From the NCBI GenBank assembly GCA_904063045.1, contig CAJFCJ010000009.1:1426968-1490967 (forward strand): 64,000 nucleotides of DNA, given 5' to 3'. This document shows positions 11,662 to 32,962 of the stretch, in pieces (position 1 is the first letter of the stretch; the number at the start of each line of letters is the position of its first letter). Origin of the DNA: Dimorphilus gyrociliatus. Taxonomy: Eukaryota > Animalia > Annelida. The notes beneath the pieces are model-generated. The model had not been told where the DNA came from, did not search any database, and saw only the letters and a list, made by a program, of their open reading frames with translations. Position numbers and translations under genes: made by a program.

Positions 11662-14600
11662 CATATAAATATATATAGGTGTAAAATTCTTCTATATTTC
11701 CACTATATCTCTTTTTGAATAGTGTTTATTTACATGTTGGAATGACTATTTACATTTGATTATTGATCCAACACTTGTTGTTTTAGAATTATTTTATCAT
11801 TTTTCTTCTACTTAGGAGGAAAAGTCAAGGTGATTCTGCTGTCGATTCACCAAATTATGACCAACCAAAACCAGAGATTCTTGTTACACCGTCTCAGGAG
11901 TCTGGCATGTAAGGATAATAATTTTCGAATATTACATAATCGTATATTGATTTTTTTAGGAGTATGTCTCAAGAAAGCTGTGCTAATTCTGAGTTATCGT
12001 TTGGCGAAAATTCCTCTAAAAATGGTGAGACAAGGTAAGCAGTTAAACGAACAATATCAATTATTGCAATACGTGTAAAGCACGATTCTCCATGGAAGCC
12101 AATAGGCCTATTTGTAAATATACTGTTATAGCACAATTCATATTAACAAAGAGTAACGATACAAGCAGTGTTCATTTTGATAATTACTCATTAAAGACAT
12201 ATCAGATTCAATGCCCAGGGTTTCATTGTAATAATTATTAGTTTATAGTTATCCTAATGATTTAATATGTAAATTAATCGATGAGCATTTAATTTGGATT
12301 TTACTTTATTAGCTGTAAGGATACGGGGAAGGAATGTGGGAAATCATCCGACATAGAACCATCAGGAGAGAAAAGAAGTGATACCAGCTCAATGTCTAGC
12401 AGTACAACAGGAAAAAAAAAGAAAAAAGGTTCTTGGTACAATGTAAGTGAAATCTATTTTGTTTTTCCAATTATTTCGATGCATAGGGAACTAATACATC
12501 CTAAAATCTTTGCTACATGTTGCTAACGTTTGATTAAAGAATTAATATTTGTTATTTGTTTACATTTTTTTTATTTATTACTAGATATTTTCAAACAGCG
12601 AAAAAATATCAATATTTTATTAGATTATACTTAGATTCAAAGAAAATGTAGGCTGTTATTCAAATATTTGATTTCTTCTATTTCCTATTTTTCTTCTTTT
12701 CCCTTCCCTTCCCTTCCCCTCCCTTCATTGCTGTTCTTCCAACTACGACAACAACAACAAAAACAACTACTGTGCAAACTACATCGTCAAATCAACTTAT
12801 TTCTACCAAAATACAAACAAATATTCAACAGCAATCACTTTACAGTAGATATAAAATATCAGACAGAAAGGTAATTTAGGAGACGGACAATTTTTTACTA
12901 ACTTTTTTCCTAGTTGGATGACAGTTTTCTATTATATACTGTACGTAAGCTCTTCCTTTCATCCTATACCTCTCTCTCTCTTTTTTTCCTTGTTATTATC
13001 ATAGATATTTAATAATATTACAAAGTTTTCTCAACATATAGGTTTACATTAAGTTACATATAGCTTAACTATAGCTACTGGGTCTATTCCGTATACAATA
13101 TAGATATTGAAATGTTTAAGGGGAAGTCGGTCCTCGTATAAATCCAAAACCGAATAATTAGTTGTTACTGAATTTTTTTTAATACTAATTATACTTTGAG
13201 AAAATAATTGACCTATTTTACAAAAATTAATTATAACCATTTTTCTAATAATGTAAAAGAAGACGAATCTAGAATTAAAAAATAATTATTTAGTATAAAA
13301 TGGAATTTTTTTTTCCCACTTCTTCTCCTTTGAATCTTTTCTCGAGTTTCTTTCTCCCTTATTATCATTATTACTATTATTATTAGAATGTATTTTTGAT
13401 GGAAAAAAAAAAAGAAAAACAGATAGATAAATAAATAAACAAACAAAATAATTATCGTATTTATTTATAGAATTAATTTAGAACAGAATAATTTATTCTA
13501 AATAGAATGACAATTAATAGAATTTTTTTAAATTTTGACAATTTTCCATTATTTTTAAGTAAACTAATTGATCTATTCGATAGTGTTGATTTATATATAT
13601 GGCATTGACTTCCAAAGAAGCCTTTTGGGCATGCTTTACAAATACCTTTGTCCGGATAGCATTCACTATTTAGGCATAATTTTGAGCACTGTTTTTTGCA
13701 GTCTTTTCCGTAGTAATGCTTTTCACAAGCTATTTGTAAATAGAAAATTATTATATTATTATTAATTTATTAATCTGGTTAATATAATTTATAATATTTA
13801 CTAAAGAAAGAATAGTTATTTTATTATTACGTACGTATTTGGCAATATTTGCCTGAATATCCTATTTTACATTCAATACAACTGCCATCGTTTCGTTTAC
13901 ATTTAGCTCCTTTACAGTTGTATTCTTCGCAAGATTTACGGCATTTTTCGCCATACCAACCGTTTTTACAAGATTCCTTACAAGTTCCATTTTTAAGGCA
14001 ATCGTTTGTAGAACAATAACGACTGCATGGCTTATTACAATAATCTCCAAAATATCCTTTTGCACAAGCGAAGCATGTCGTATCAGTTTTTGTACAATTG
14101 TACTTGGCTAGGCAATTTGAATTATTTAGACAGAATTTTTTACATTTATCATAATCACAATGTTTTATTTTGTATTTTTCCATACGAAATACTCCAAGAT
14201 TTATAAAGAAAACTAAAAGAATTAACAATCCAACTGTAGACATCTTTTGTTAATTATCTTGTAAATGCTTTGTGATAGAATAGGAAACTGATTCCTTCTT
14301 TTGCTTTTTATTTTCTTTCTATCTATATCTCTCTGTCTCTGTCTCTGTCTGTCAGTGTCTAGCACCGCTCCTACATAAGTACACTCCACGCACAAGATTG
14401 AAATTGTTTATCGTATAGGCTTTAAGAGGGCTATGTAACTTTTTCTTTACAGATATGTAAATTGATTTAACTTTTTTGATGGATTTTTTATATATTCATT
14501 TATTTATTCGTATTCTATAAATATTTCTTTTATTTTCTATTGATAATTAAAATGAAAGTAAAGGACCAATTTAATCATAAAACAAAAAAAGAGACAATAT

Positions 14601-14946
14601 CTTTTCATAGAGCTATTACTAATTATTTTTCTCATTGAAAGTATTTTTATATTATTCTAATTGATTAAAATAAAATAAAAAATAGGTCCTCGCCCCAAAT
14701 TACAAAAGTAGAAGTGAAGATTTTAAGAAGATATTCAAAAATATTCCCGGTGATGAAAGATTATTAGTAGGTTAGTATGACAATTAATATACTAATATAT
14801 ATATGCATTTTAATGTTTGTTTCTTAGTGAAAAAGGGCAGGGAGGGAGGGAGTAGTATTTAAAGGGAGATCTAAAAATATTTAAACTTAAAAGGGTTGTT
14901 ATGTAAAACTAAAGGATTAGGGTGGGAGTGTTGTATAAATATACAG

Positions 14947-15000
<54 letters not shown>

Positions 15001-18000
15001 AAACAGCTGTATAAAGTTTATAGATTTATTTTATACTATACTACATATATTTTAAATAATTTTATAGATTATTCTTGCGCTCTTCAAAAGGATATTCTAG
15101 TCCATGGGAGATTATATATTACACAAAATTGGATATGTTTCTACGCTAATATATTCCGTTGGGAAACAATGGTTTAATTAAATTTTCTCCTTCTCTAATA
15201 ACATATTTCTTATATTTTCTTTCTGCTATATAGTTAACCATCAGATGTGATAATATTAAAGCTATAACCAAGGAGAAAACTGCTAGAGTTATACCGAATG
15301 CCGTTCAGATATTAACCGAAAATGAGAAATATTTTTTTACATCGTTCGCTTCGAGAGATAAAGCTTTTCTAATGCTTTTCCGCGTTTGGCAAAATGCTCT
15401 AATGGATCAAGTAAGAAAATCTTTAAAAGAGATATACATTCTCCAATGTAGGCTTTATCTTTTATGTTTCTTTTAAGCCTATGGATTCTCAAGAATTATG
15501 GCAAATGGTACATCATTCGTATGGCGAAGAGTTAGGATTAACGTCTAGTGATGACGATTATGTAGCTCCACCTGTTGATGAAGATGAACAGTCGAGTTCA
15601 TTAACTGTTCATTACAAATCTAAGGCACTTGTTAACTTACTTTATTGTTTAGCAAAGTTTATTTATACAAGTATTTACTTTATAAATAATTGTTATATAC
15701 AATTTCTCTTTGTTAAACAATAGGATGACGATGGATTGGATAATGTTAAAATATCAAAGGAACCATCTTCATCGCTAATAACACCAAATTCATCTTATTC
15801 TCCATTGGAGGACGACGGTTCACCTACAATTGATCAAACAATGACTGCACTAAATGACGACCCAAGCGATTTCGAAAGTAAGTACAGAAAATTTCTATAC
15901 ATATTCTTTTTTTTCTTCTCCATTGACTGACCTATTAATATAGGACATGTCAACTGTTGTCTCGGCCTATAAAAATAAGGAGTTTTATAGGATTTTTTTA
16001 TGCTAATAAACGCAATACGTATCAAATCTTTATGAGTCACGATCATTGACAACGTCGACGATTTAAAATATATATATTGAGAATAATTTCTTGTAGCCAG
16101 TTTTTGAAAAATTGGGTAGATACAAACAAGTTTATATTAAATATATATTAAAAACTTGTTAGTTTATATCCCATTTGTTGGCTGAGAAAAGTAAGAGTAT
16201 TAACGATCTGAAAACTAACGGAGCTTTTTTTTTTTTCCTTATGTTTTTTTAAAAAAACACAAATGTCAGTGTTTACGGAAAATCTTTGCGAAAGCCATGA
16301 ACACCCAGGGAAATTGTATTTGGACGAAGTATTTTCAATTGATGTCGATCAAATGTTTCAATTATTATTTACCGATTCGGAATTTTATTTGGAATTTATA
16401 AGGGCTAGAAAAACTTCTGGTGAGTACTGCGTTAAATATGTTATTTTTATATATGTCATATACATACTTGCTATTAAAATAATGTTACAAATATAATAAA
16501 TATATATTTAAATATATATAAATTCTTTATAAAATTAATAGATTTAAAACTAACACCATGGCCTGACGAATCGGACGAGAATGGTGGCAAATGTCGAACG
16601 ATTACTTATACATTGTCCCTAAACTATCACATTGGACCAAAATCTACTTTATCAATTGAAAAACAGGTTTATATTAATGAATTTTAATATTATATTTATA
16701 CTTTTGTATTGTTGTTTTATATTTGTTTTGTTTGTTTGTTTGTTTGTTTGTTTTATTGATTTTTATTCTTAATTAATTCATTCAATTTTCCTTCTTTTTT
16801 TAAGACTATGCAATCTGATACTCGACCTGGTAATTGCTATATAATTGATACAGAAGTATCAAATCCAAGCGTTCCACATGGCGATTCATTCTACGTTTTT
16901 AGTCGATACTGTATTCTAAAAGTATCAGAGAAAAGGTCAAGGTTAAAGGTAAATAATTTAACTTAACTAATATATAATACCATTACTATAAGAATGATTT
17001 GTTTATTTTCAAGGTACATAGCGAAGTACGTTATTTAAAGAATGCATGGGGTTTAGTTAAAAGTAAGAAAATTAAATTTTATTGAGATATTTGTTCTTTT
17101 TTCGTCAATTCTTTTTATTCAATTGAATTCTATTAGAACGTTCTAAAAAATATTCTTTTTTTAATTTGCTCTATAATTCATATTTTTCCTTAAAACAAAA
17201 TACCAAAACATAAAAGACAATCGAGGAAAATTAATAAATTTTTAGTTACAAAGAAAAGGAAAGAGAACAATTTAATCTTTTTTTTTACAGGATTTTTTAA
17301 AAAAATAAAAAAGGACTTTAAATAAAAAACGAATGAATTCACATTCATATATACTGTATAAATTTATATAAATTTATATATATATATATACTGTATATAT
17401 ATATTTTTGCATTTCTTTCATATATATATATATATAATATATACTGTATACAGCTATAATTGGCGGCAAAGCCGTGGGTGGTTTGAAAGAAAATTATCAT
17501 TTATTAGGTATGTCAAAGCTTATCTATATGATTTTCTTCTTCTTCTATACAGACATGATCGAAAAAGGTGCTTCAGTTGGTATAAGCGAAAATTTCGAAT
17601 TGCTTGGTGCGTAGGCTGTCGCAATTCGATTTATTTAATTTTTTTAGTGTTTTTTCCCCTCCACCCCCACTCCCCTTTTACCTCCATTTTTTCTCACACT
17701 CATGTTCAATTCTTTGACTTTTTTTTTATTTTGTCTGTTTTTAATTGTATTGTTTTTCAATTATATATAAACAACTGATAAATTGTACTTGAATGCATTT
17801 ACTGTATATACATACTGTATATGTATACAAGTACATGTAAAAGATAATATCAGATATCCGTATCCAATTCTTACCTTTTCCTTTCCATCTTACCCACTAC
17901 CGTTCATTCTGTTGTAAACATTTTTAAGTTTTATCAATGTATTTGAAGAGTGTATTCTCTTTAGTTTATATATACAGTGGTATATAGTCGTCTAGAAAAA

Positions 18001-19031
18001 ATATTTTTTAGTCTCAGGGTAAATTTATCTGTTATGATGAATGAAGCATAATGATGTGATTAGTCTGTGATATATAATATGTATTTTCTCTAAGAAAAAA
18101 GATGAAACTTTTCTTCTTTTTCAATTTTCTTAATGAAAAAAACATATATATCTAATATATATCTTTTACTTTTGTAAATTCTAATCTAATAATTTTATTT
18201 TTTTTTCTTTCCCTTAAAAAAAACACATATAAACAGCTGTACATCTTCGAAAAGAAGCGGATAGAGTTCAAGAATTTCATAACCCATCTGTAACAACAAT
18301 AGCCAATTCTAAGAAACGCCAAAATAGACGTCGCAGGAAAAATTCTATCGATCGAATAGTTAAAGTATTACCAGACACAAACATACAGAATGGTAAATAT
18401 TTATTTTCTATTATTTTAAAATAAAATTTATATTAAGTATTGATTTCTAAACAGAAAGGACTTTTGTGGAATTTACTTCATTCATTAGGATGGATACTTA
18501 TACACTAATTAGATTATTATGTATTTTGTAAGTAATTTAAACAGATATCTAATATTATAGGTATATAATAATTATTTTGTTTTTTTGTCTTTTTTTTAAC
18601 AGATTAGGCCTTTTAATATTTATGAATCTATATCTATATATGAAAATATCCCAATTAGAGTCTAAAGCAAATCCAGTTTTTAGCAGTAGAAGATATGATT
18701 TTAGGTATGATAAATGAGTAGATTGCTTTAAAATTCATATTGTATTCCATTTTTAATATTTAAAAATATTTAATGTAAAATATTAGGCCTGATCAGAATG
18801 TACCTGAAAAATGGAGTAATGTAATAAATGAACAACAGTCTTTGCATAAGAATGAAATGGAATATTGGAAAGAAATTCTTGGCTCTTCAATTCTAGTCAT
18901 TGATCAGGTTAGTTATGGTTAATTATTGAAATTAAGATAATTAATTACGTTCAATTTAGATTAAGAAAACACTTGAAGGTCTTCAAGCTACCGTTGATCA
19001 CAAACTACAAGAATCTACTGCAAATAACTAA
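11253..19031 (+). CDS. GRAMD1: GRAM domain-containing protein 1 (Aster; GRAM + VASt + C-terminal TM), ER-plasma membrane sterol transporter
   Basis: Multi-exon. GSWYN|VLAPNYKSRSEDFKKIFKNIPGDERLLV, DYSCALQKDILVHGRLYITQNWICFYANIFRWE, KEKTARVIPNAVQI and HSYGEELGLTSSDDDYVAPP; VASt exons at 16260-17570; TM exon near 18600; stop at 19029-19031. Confidence 0.92.
11628..11660. repeat. (AT)n microsatellite
   Basis: Uninterrupted TA dinucleotide run in a GRAMD1 intron. Confidence 0.95.
13473..14243 (-). CDS. Small secreted or anchored laminin-EGF/MEGF-like Cys-rich protein, nested antisense in a GRAMD1 intron
   Basis: Exon 1 (14243-13835) has a signal peptide and repeats of C..G(Y/W)(F/Y)G..C...C. 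A phase-1 GTACGT donor joins an acceptor at 13730. Exon 2 (13729-13473) continues PCEKHYYGKDCKKQCSKLC...CPKGFFGSQC and ends in a hydrophobic tail. Confidence 0.8.
14954..14995. repeat. (AT)n microsatellite
   Basis: TA run in a GRAMD1 intron; source of the IYIYIY stretch in ORF 14896..15177. Confidence 0.95.
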
Positions 19032-19189
19032 CTTTTAAGACATCAATATTTGATATTGATTTGTCAATGTATGTACTGTATACCAGTATATTGTATACGG
19101 TATATAGTATATAAGACTATATATAAAAAGAAATTCCACTTAGGATAATTTGACTCATGATTATCTCTTCATACAAAGATAATGTATTT

Positions 19190-26574
<7,385 letters not shown>

Positions 26575-26793
26575 TTTGAAGTAAGCTAAAAACTTAAGTT
26601 TATAATTCAAGAGTACTATTACACATGGGGGCGTCCATCTTTATTTTTAACCTGGTAACCAACTCCAGTTTCAAATGGTCACGTGACTTCCGCCGTGGCC
26701 ATTGAAAGTTTCAAACGGTTTTTTTGCGATAAAATAAGGATTTTTGCAAACATCTTAGACTTTTCTATGGTTTTTTAAATAGCCGACTCCGGC
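26575..26793. promoter_or_regulatory. Bidirectional promoter (IARS2 / RhoGAP) with palindromic E-box GTCACGTGAC at 26678-26687
   Basis: Only about 220 nt separate the divergent ATGs, and a perfect 10-bp palindrome lies in the middle. Confidence 0.7.
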
Positions 26794-29692
26794 ATGGAAT
26801 CTTGGACATACTTTTTAGAAGTAGAAAATTCGGAAAACCTTCGCAAAGTCGTTCTTGAAGACCTCAAGCTATTGGGCGTTAATACCAAGTATTTAAAGAA
26901 GAAGTACAAGGAAGATTCTTTCGTTGTAAGTAGATTTTTTTAGCATGCTTATAATCAAGAAATTCACAGCAGAAATATTCATTTAACATAGGCACAGCCA
27001 AACGCCAATGTTTTTGGAAATTTCTTAGACTTTGTTCCGTCAGTTTATGTTGAGGGATGTGGGCCTGTGCCCAGGTTTGTATAACGTAATGTAAACAAAA
27101 CGCATCAATAACATGTGTGTCTCACACCTTCACTTATCAGAGTTCTTGCCGAGATCGGCAGTATCATAGAGCGCAACATCATTACGGAAGGTTTGTTCCG
27201 AAAAAGTGGATCAGTTTCTAGAAAGAAGGAATTAATGGTATAGTAGCTTTACAAAAATCCCATTGTTTTCTAACAGAACTTTCTAATTATGTAATCAGAA
27301 TCGGATTGAAAAAGGCGGATCCTTAGAAGGCGCAAACATATACGATGTAACAGGAATTTTGAAAACTTTTTTAAGACAATTGCCAGTTTCACTTTTGGCG
27401 CCTAGTCAGGCCATTTTGACAGCTTTCGAACAAGCTCACGAAGATGGCGAGAATGAGAGGCGAATTGACGCCTTACAGCTTTTGGTTCTACTATTGCCAG
27501 CGGCAAATATTTGTACACTACGATTTCTTTTATTACTCTTATCTAAAGTGGCAGATCATAGTGATCAGAACAAAATGGACGTATCTAATTTAGCTTTATG
27601 TCTCGGCCCTAACCTATTTCCATCTGTGTCACAAACCAAAGCAGATGCTAAAACCCTTCAAGTTCATACGTCTATAGTTCAACTACTAATGTTGCATGCA
27701 TCTTACATAGGAATGATATCGAATGGCACATGTGCCAAAATCGCTAGTCCCATGTCGATCTTATCTGATAACGAACTAGACCGTAGTTGTGTGGATGTTG
27801 AGGATACGTCTCATAGGCGTGGTAGAGATAAGAAAAAGAAAAAGAAGAAAAGGAGAAGCAGTTCCCTACAGGGACTTGTTGAGAGCCTTAGCTCTTCTTT
27901 TACACGGCGAAGACGATCCAGGTCTCATAATAGCAGCACGATAAGCGACAAGTCGTCTATATATGTCAAATCTGCTGTCAAATCATCTGAATCTTTATGC
28001 TCTATGAATCCTGTTGAAGGGCAAACACCGAAAATGAAACAAAAACGTAAAGCTGATAATCCCGCATTTTCCGTTACAAAAAAACGGGCAATCCTAGAAA
28101 ATATGCCACAAAAGAGCCTTTTAACCACTTCGAATCAGTTTACACCTTCAATGTCTGTTGACTTGAAGTTTGCAAATGATTCATCAATTATTTTTTCCGC
28201 AACGCTCGACGAGACGAATAATACACCAAAAAGACGCGAAAGTATGAGAACACCAAACAAAATGAAAAGCTATCCGTCAGCTAGATCTGGTTGTTTTTCT
28301 CCAAAATCGAAGACCGTTAAAAAGAAGAAGAGTTCCTTCATGGCATTCGTTAGGCGATTAAGTGGATCCAGGGAGAGTTCAGTTAGTATATATTTGATAA
28401 GACTATACATTTCATAACAAAAACAAAAAAAGTAATATTGAATTCTTTTCAAACAGCCTATTAGAGTTCCAGAACAAGATTGTTCTGTTGAACTTTCAAA
28501 GACTTTCGATGACGGCGAGAAAGATACGTCCGAACTGAATTTTATACAAAGCCCTATAGAACCTATGGATCATGATGCCAATATGTCTCGCCAGATTTCT
28601 ACCAATAGTTTGAATAAAGCATTCATCTCAGACGACGACTTTGTTTTAGGTAAGGAGATAATTCACTCAATGTCATTGGAAATATTTAATACTTGAATGA
28701 ATTTAGATGAAGGTGGCAGTATTACAAGCGAACAATCGGAAACAGATGGTAGCGAAAACCAAAGAAGAACAAGCTCCCTCTCCTTAAACAGTCGAATCAG
28801 TACGTCGACAGCTGTCAGCTCAATAATGAATGATGCTCACAGTGAAGTAAGGGTTCTTTATTATCCAAATTTCATCTATATAATATAACGGTTTTTTCGA
28901 CTCAAAAGGAACCTGATGATTGTGATAAAGTCGAGAGTTTAGAAAGTTTAGATAGCGCCATTTGTATGAATATTGTTAACAGTGGCGAAGTATGAATATT
29001 AAATAACCAATTATATATAAATGTCAATATTTTCTATTTTATAGTCTGTTGAGTCGCCTTGCACACCGTCAAAGGATGACGAGGACGATGAAGACTCAGA
29101 AGATGCAAAAACACCTTGTCCAATGACTATCGAAGAGGAAGATAGAGATGATGAAAATACACCGCATATACACATTCCTAGCGAAGCAACACCTCAAATG
29201 AGTCGACGATTGCGAGCAATGGCGGTAAAACAACAGAGACGTCATACATTAAATGACCCTACGTTTCATTTAACAAGTGAGGCTCGTTCAATATTGGCGA
29301 GAGCGGGTGTAGCTCCTCATCGAACAATTAAAAAATTTCCCAACAATGGTGGTGTTGTTGCTGCAAAAGTTCAACAGATCGAAGAGAAGGGCGACAAGGG
29401 GGAAAATGAAAGATTTTCTAAGCGAAATGCCTCGCCAGTTCGTATACCAACGATTTTTGCCAAGAACCATGACGAAATGGTCAAATACAAAGAAAAGATT
29501 AATCGAATACGAAGCCCAAAATTACCTGTCAGTTGTAAACTACCAAAAGAAGTTGAAAATCGTGCTCTAAGTCATTCTTCAAAAGTGACTGTAAGTGCTC
29601 CGATCATAAAGCCAAGTTTGGGTAATTTCGATGTAAATTTAATACGAAAAAGGAACAAAAATTCGAAAGATGAAAAGGAATTCGTCGTCTAA
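26794..29692 (+). CDS. ARHGAP11A: Rho GTPase-activating protein, ARHGAP11A-like
   Basis: N-terminal RhoGAP domain: VFGNFL, TEGLFRKSGSVSR (Arg finger), DVTGILKTFLRQLP and NKMDVSNLALCLGPNLF. A long basic/Ser-rich tail follows, with a poly-Lys NLS-like tract. Confidence 0.8.
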
Positions 29693-29858
29693 GAAGATTA
29701 GTGCATGGAAGATTCGTGATTCATAGATATTATACAAAAGTCGTTATAGATTTACGTATATATTACGTTTAAATTAAAAAAAAAGCGCAGTTGTAGAAGA
29801 ATGTAAATATGATGAGTTTGTTTGTGTTAGGGAACTAATTTTTTTTTATCTATTACAA

Positions 29859-31565
29859 TTATTTACACTTCCTGAGTTCAATCAGTGTCTTTTCTCTGAA
29901 CATTATACCCTGGCTGTTTGTAAATCGACTCCGTTTATCTTTAACGTTTGTCCTGATTCGTCCTTGAGCTGCAGCTGTTAGATAAAAAAAAATGTTACAT
30001 TTCCCTTTGACATTGTAATGTGTATGCACCTCGTCGACATCGGATTCAGGCAGACTTGTGAAATCCGGTGTTTCACTGCTTAAAGTCTTGTATCGTTGAA
30101 TATATGCTCCCAATATAGAATAGCAATCACTTTCTGCAAAATCATACATAGTGTGCCGGCAACCGGGTGTTTCTATATTCGCTTTCGTTTTGTACTCCTC
30201 CAAATTTGGGCAATGAACGCTACCCCCCAGACCGCTATCGACGTCGTTACTATGAACGCTATCCGGATACGTAACATGATTTTTTAATGAAGGCGTTTTG
30301 ACCTTCCTTTCATCCGACTTCCCAGCAACCTTTGTTGTACTGTCCTCTTCATTTTCGAATAATGGTGGAAGATCTCGTTTATCATACATTCTTGAGCATA
30401 GATCCGTTGTCCCCATAAAAACTTTCCGCCTCTCAGGTATCGTCCATATGGCGCTTGGCGACGGCTGGGCGGGCTTTAAAACCGTCTCTTTACTGTCACT
30501 TTTAATACGGGATAATAACTCTAATACGATATTGCTAAACGCCCGTAAGTCCGATCGGAAGGCATCCTGTCGTCTCTCCGCCAAAGCTTCTCCGCTGTTT
30601 TCCAAATTACCCAGTACAATTGTTAGACCCTTCAGGAAAAAAAAATATTTTTATTATAGATTCTAAAATAGTATAGTTTCAAATTTCGACATTCCATTTT
30701 GAAGAAGGAATGCTTTGATTATTGAGTTAAATACCTGTACGATTTGGTTCGATTTGAGGCTTTTATTACGCTTTATTATTTAAATAATGTGTTTTTTTCT
30801 CTATGGAGTCTCTAATTTTTTATCAATGTTTACTTTTTATACGAAAACACACTTTTCAAAAGATTTTACATAGACCATTTAGTTTGCATTAGCGTACGCA
30901 AAACCGCATGAATAAAAAGATATTAAGGGCTCTTGTAGGATATCGTTTAAAAGAAATACGCTAAAAGGATTTAACGAGCCGCCTCCAATAAATAAATCAT
31001 TTTTCAGAATAACAAAGGTATTTTAGTCCATATATTAGCGTATTTAAGTTCCTAATTATATATCTAGGGGAAATAGGGAATAAATGAAAAAGAAATTATT
31101 TTATACCTTGCCCTTCTTGCGCACAAACATCGATGACAAGGTCAAATTGTTATGCACAATATCGTTTGAGTGAAGACATTCAACAGCCTTTGTTGTTTCC
31201 ATTACCAGTTCATGTATGGCCTCGTCCATCATCGGAAATTTGTCGAGGTAATCGGTAACCGTTCCCATCGGAAAGAATTCATGGCATATTAAACTACATT
31301 TAAAGTCTGTTTGATCACCAGTAGCTTCGTGAATGATCTTTGAAAATGGGTTCCGATAATTGGTCCAATAATATTGAACTATTCTTGAATCTTTATTATT
31401 TAATTTTGAAATTGCATTTACTTCTTGCCTCCACTCATTTTGTAATTGAGGATTGAATAGTTTCAAATGAGCAGTCCTTATTGATGAATCATGCGGATAC
31501 GTAATTTTATAATGACAAATCCCTTTGGACGGCGCCAGAGAGTCGGTCCTCTTCGAATTTTGCTT
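29859..31565 (-). CDS. Pseudokinase (degenerate protein kinase fold) plus disordered tail; first coding exon uncertain
   Basis: Exon 31565-31107 gives AHLK (beta3), EWRQEVNAISKL (alphaC), HEFFPMGTVTDYL (hinge) and VHNNLTLSSMFV (HRD replaced). A phase-0 splice leads to the exon from about 30630 with IVLGNLENS (DFG replaced) and SDLRAFSNIVLELLS (subdomain IX). Confidence 0.7.
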
Positions 31566-32962
31566 CTAAAAGAAAGAAAATAATAATAATAAAAAAAACA
31601 TATAGAAGAAATATAACAGAGAATTCTCAGTTTAAGGATGACATTTAGACATTTCTTCCAAAGAATATTTTATATTTCCCATTATTGATAGGTTTGAGAG
31701 TGCCCCTTATTTTTTTCGATTTATTCAATAGACGAGCAATTAACACTGATACTTGAAAGGCTTTCTTTTTTTATGAACTTAACAACTTCCTGTAAATATT
31801 GACAGTATCGGCCTAAGAAAATTTTTTTTAATAAATACCGAATCTACTATTTAGAGGGTGATCGTTAAAAAAAAGTTCTACTCCCCCCACTGTAGTTCGC
31901 GTGATGCTTATGAGAAGGGTACAAAAAAGCACTCGGCTTTTTGTTGTCGAAAATTTCTTTGTTGGTTGTTAGGCCTAGTTATCAAGTAGCTTTTTGGGAA
32001 CCTGGTACTGAAAGTTTTCTACTCACTTTTTTATTTATCTTTCCATCATAATTGTAAATTATTTTAAAAAGAACGGCAGTTTGAATCGATTATCGCCTGC
32101 TCTGGTGAATTAAATAGCTAATTAAAGCTTTTAGTTAGGAGCTATAAAGGCTGGGCGGCATTGAAATCGCCCTAAGGCAGAGTCTAAATCTAGCTCTAGT
32201 TGACAACCTTGGTAGCTAGCCTACTCTATTTTATACATGCTCTTTATTTAAGAAATTGCCCCAAATACTTTCTATCCAATATCTATTTTAAAAAAAAAAG
32301 ATTTTTATTAATGTAGAAATCCCATTCTAAGTGATATATAAATTACTAAGAGTGGATTATCTTAAACGGAAATATATAATCCAACTGTTTACAAAAAATC
32401 GGATTAAACCATGACAAGTTAATTTTAACATCGACTAATTGCCCTAGTACTAAAATTCAATTTTGTTGTTAGTAAAGAAATCGGTGGGAAATTCAACGCG
32501 ATAATAAATCATTGAATTCTAATAAAAGCGTGTCATCTCGAATTTACCTTAAATCGTTTGTGAAATATATTGAATGGAATGAAAATAGATACTTATTCAA
32601 ATTATTTCTTTTTCAAATAAACACATGCAAATAAATAAGAGTTGCGCTTTTTCGTTAAAGTATTAGGTAGGAGTTAAATCTATTGAGTAAGTCACTTTTA
32701 ACAATTAATTTGAAACCTTAATCCATTTTGTTTTGAAGGGAGGATTGTAATTTGACAGCTACATATTTCACTCTATTATAAATATTGTCATAAAACCTAT
32801 AAATTATATTAATAGGGAACTTTAACGGGACAGGAATGTTTTTTTTTTCGATTCTCATGGAAGTATTCCAAATTTGGCTTTTATCGCCCCCTTTGTTAAA
32901 GATTAAACTGAAAAATTTTAATGTTGACAGTCAACTACTTAGTTGGAGCTTGATTTTTTTAT

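Noticed and set aside
14896-15177. ORF with an IYIYIY repeat, also ORFs 41025..41283
   Set aside because: These are translations of (AT)n/(CT)n microsatellites. Only the 3' part of 14896..15177 is a real GRAMD1 exon.
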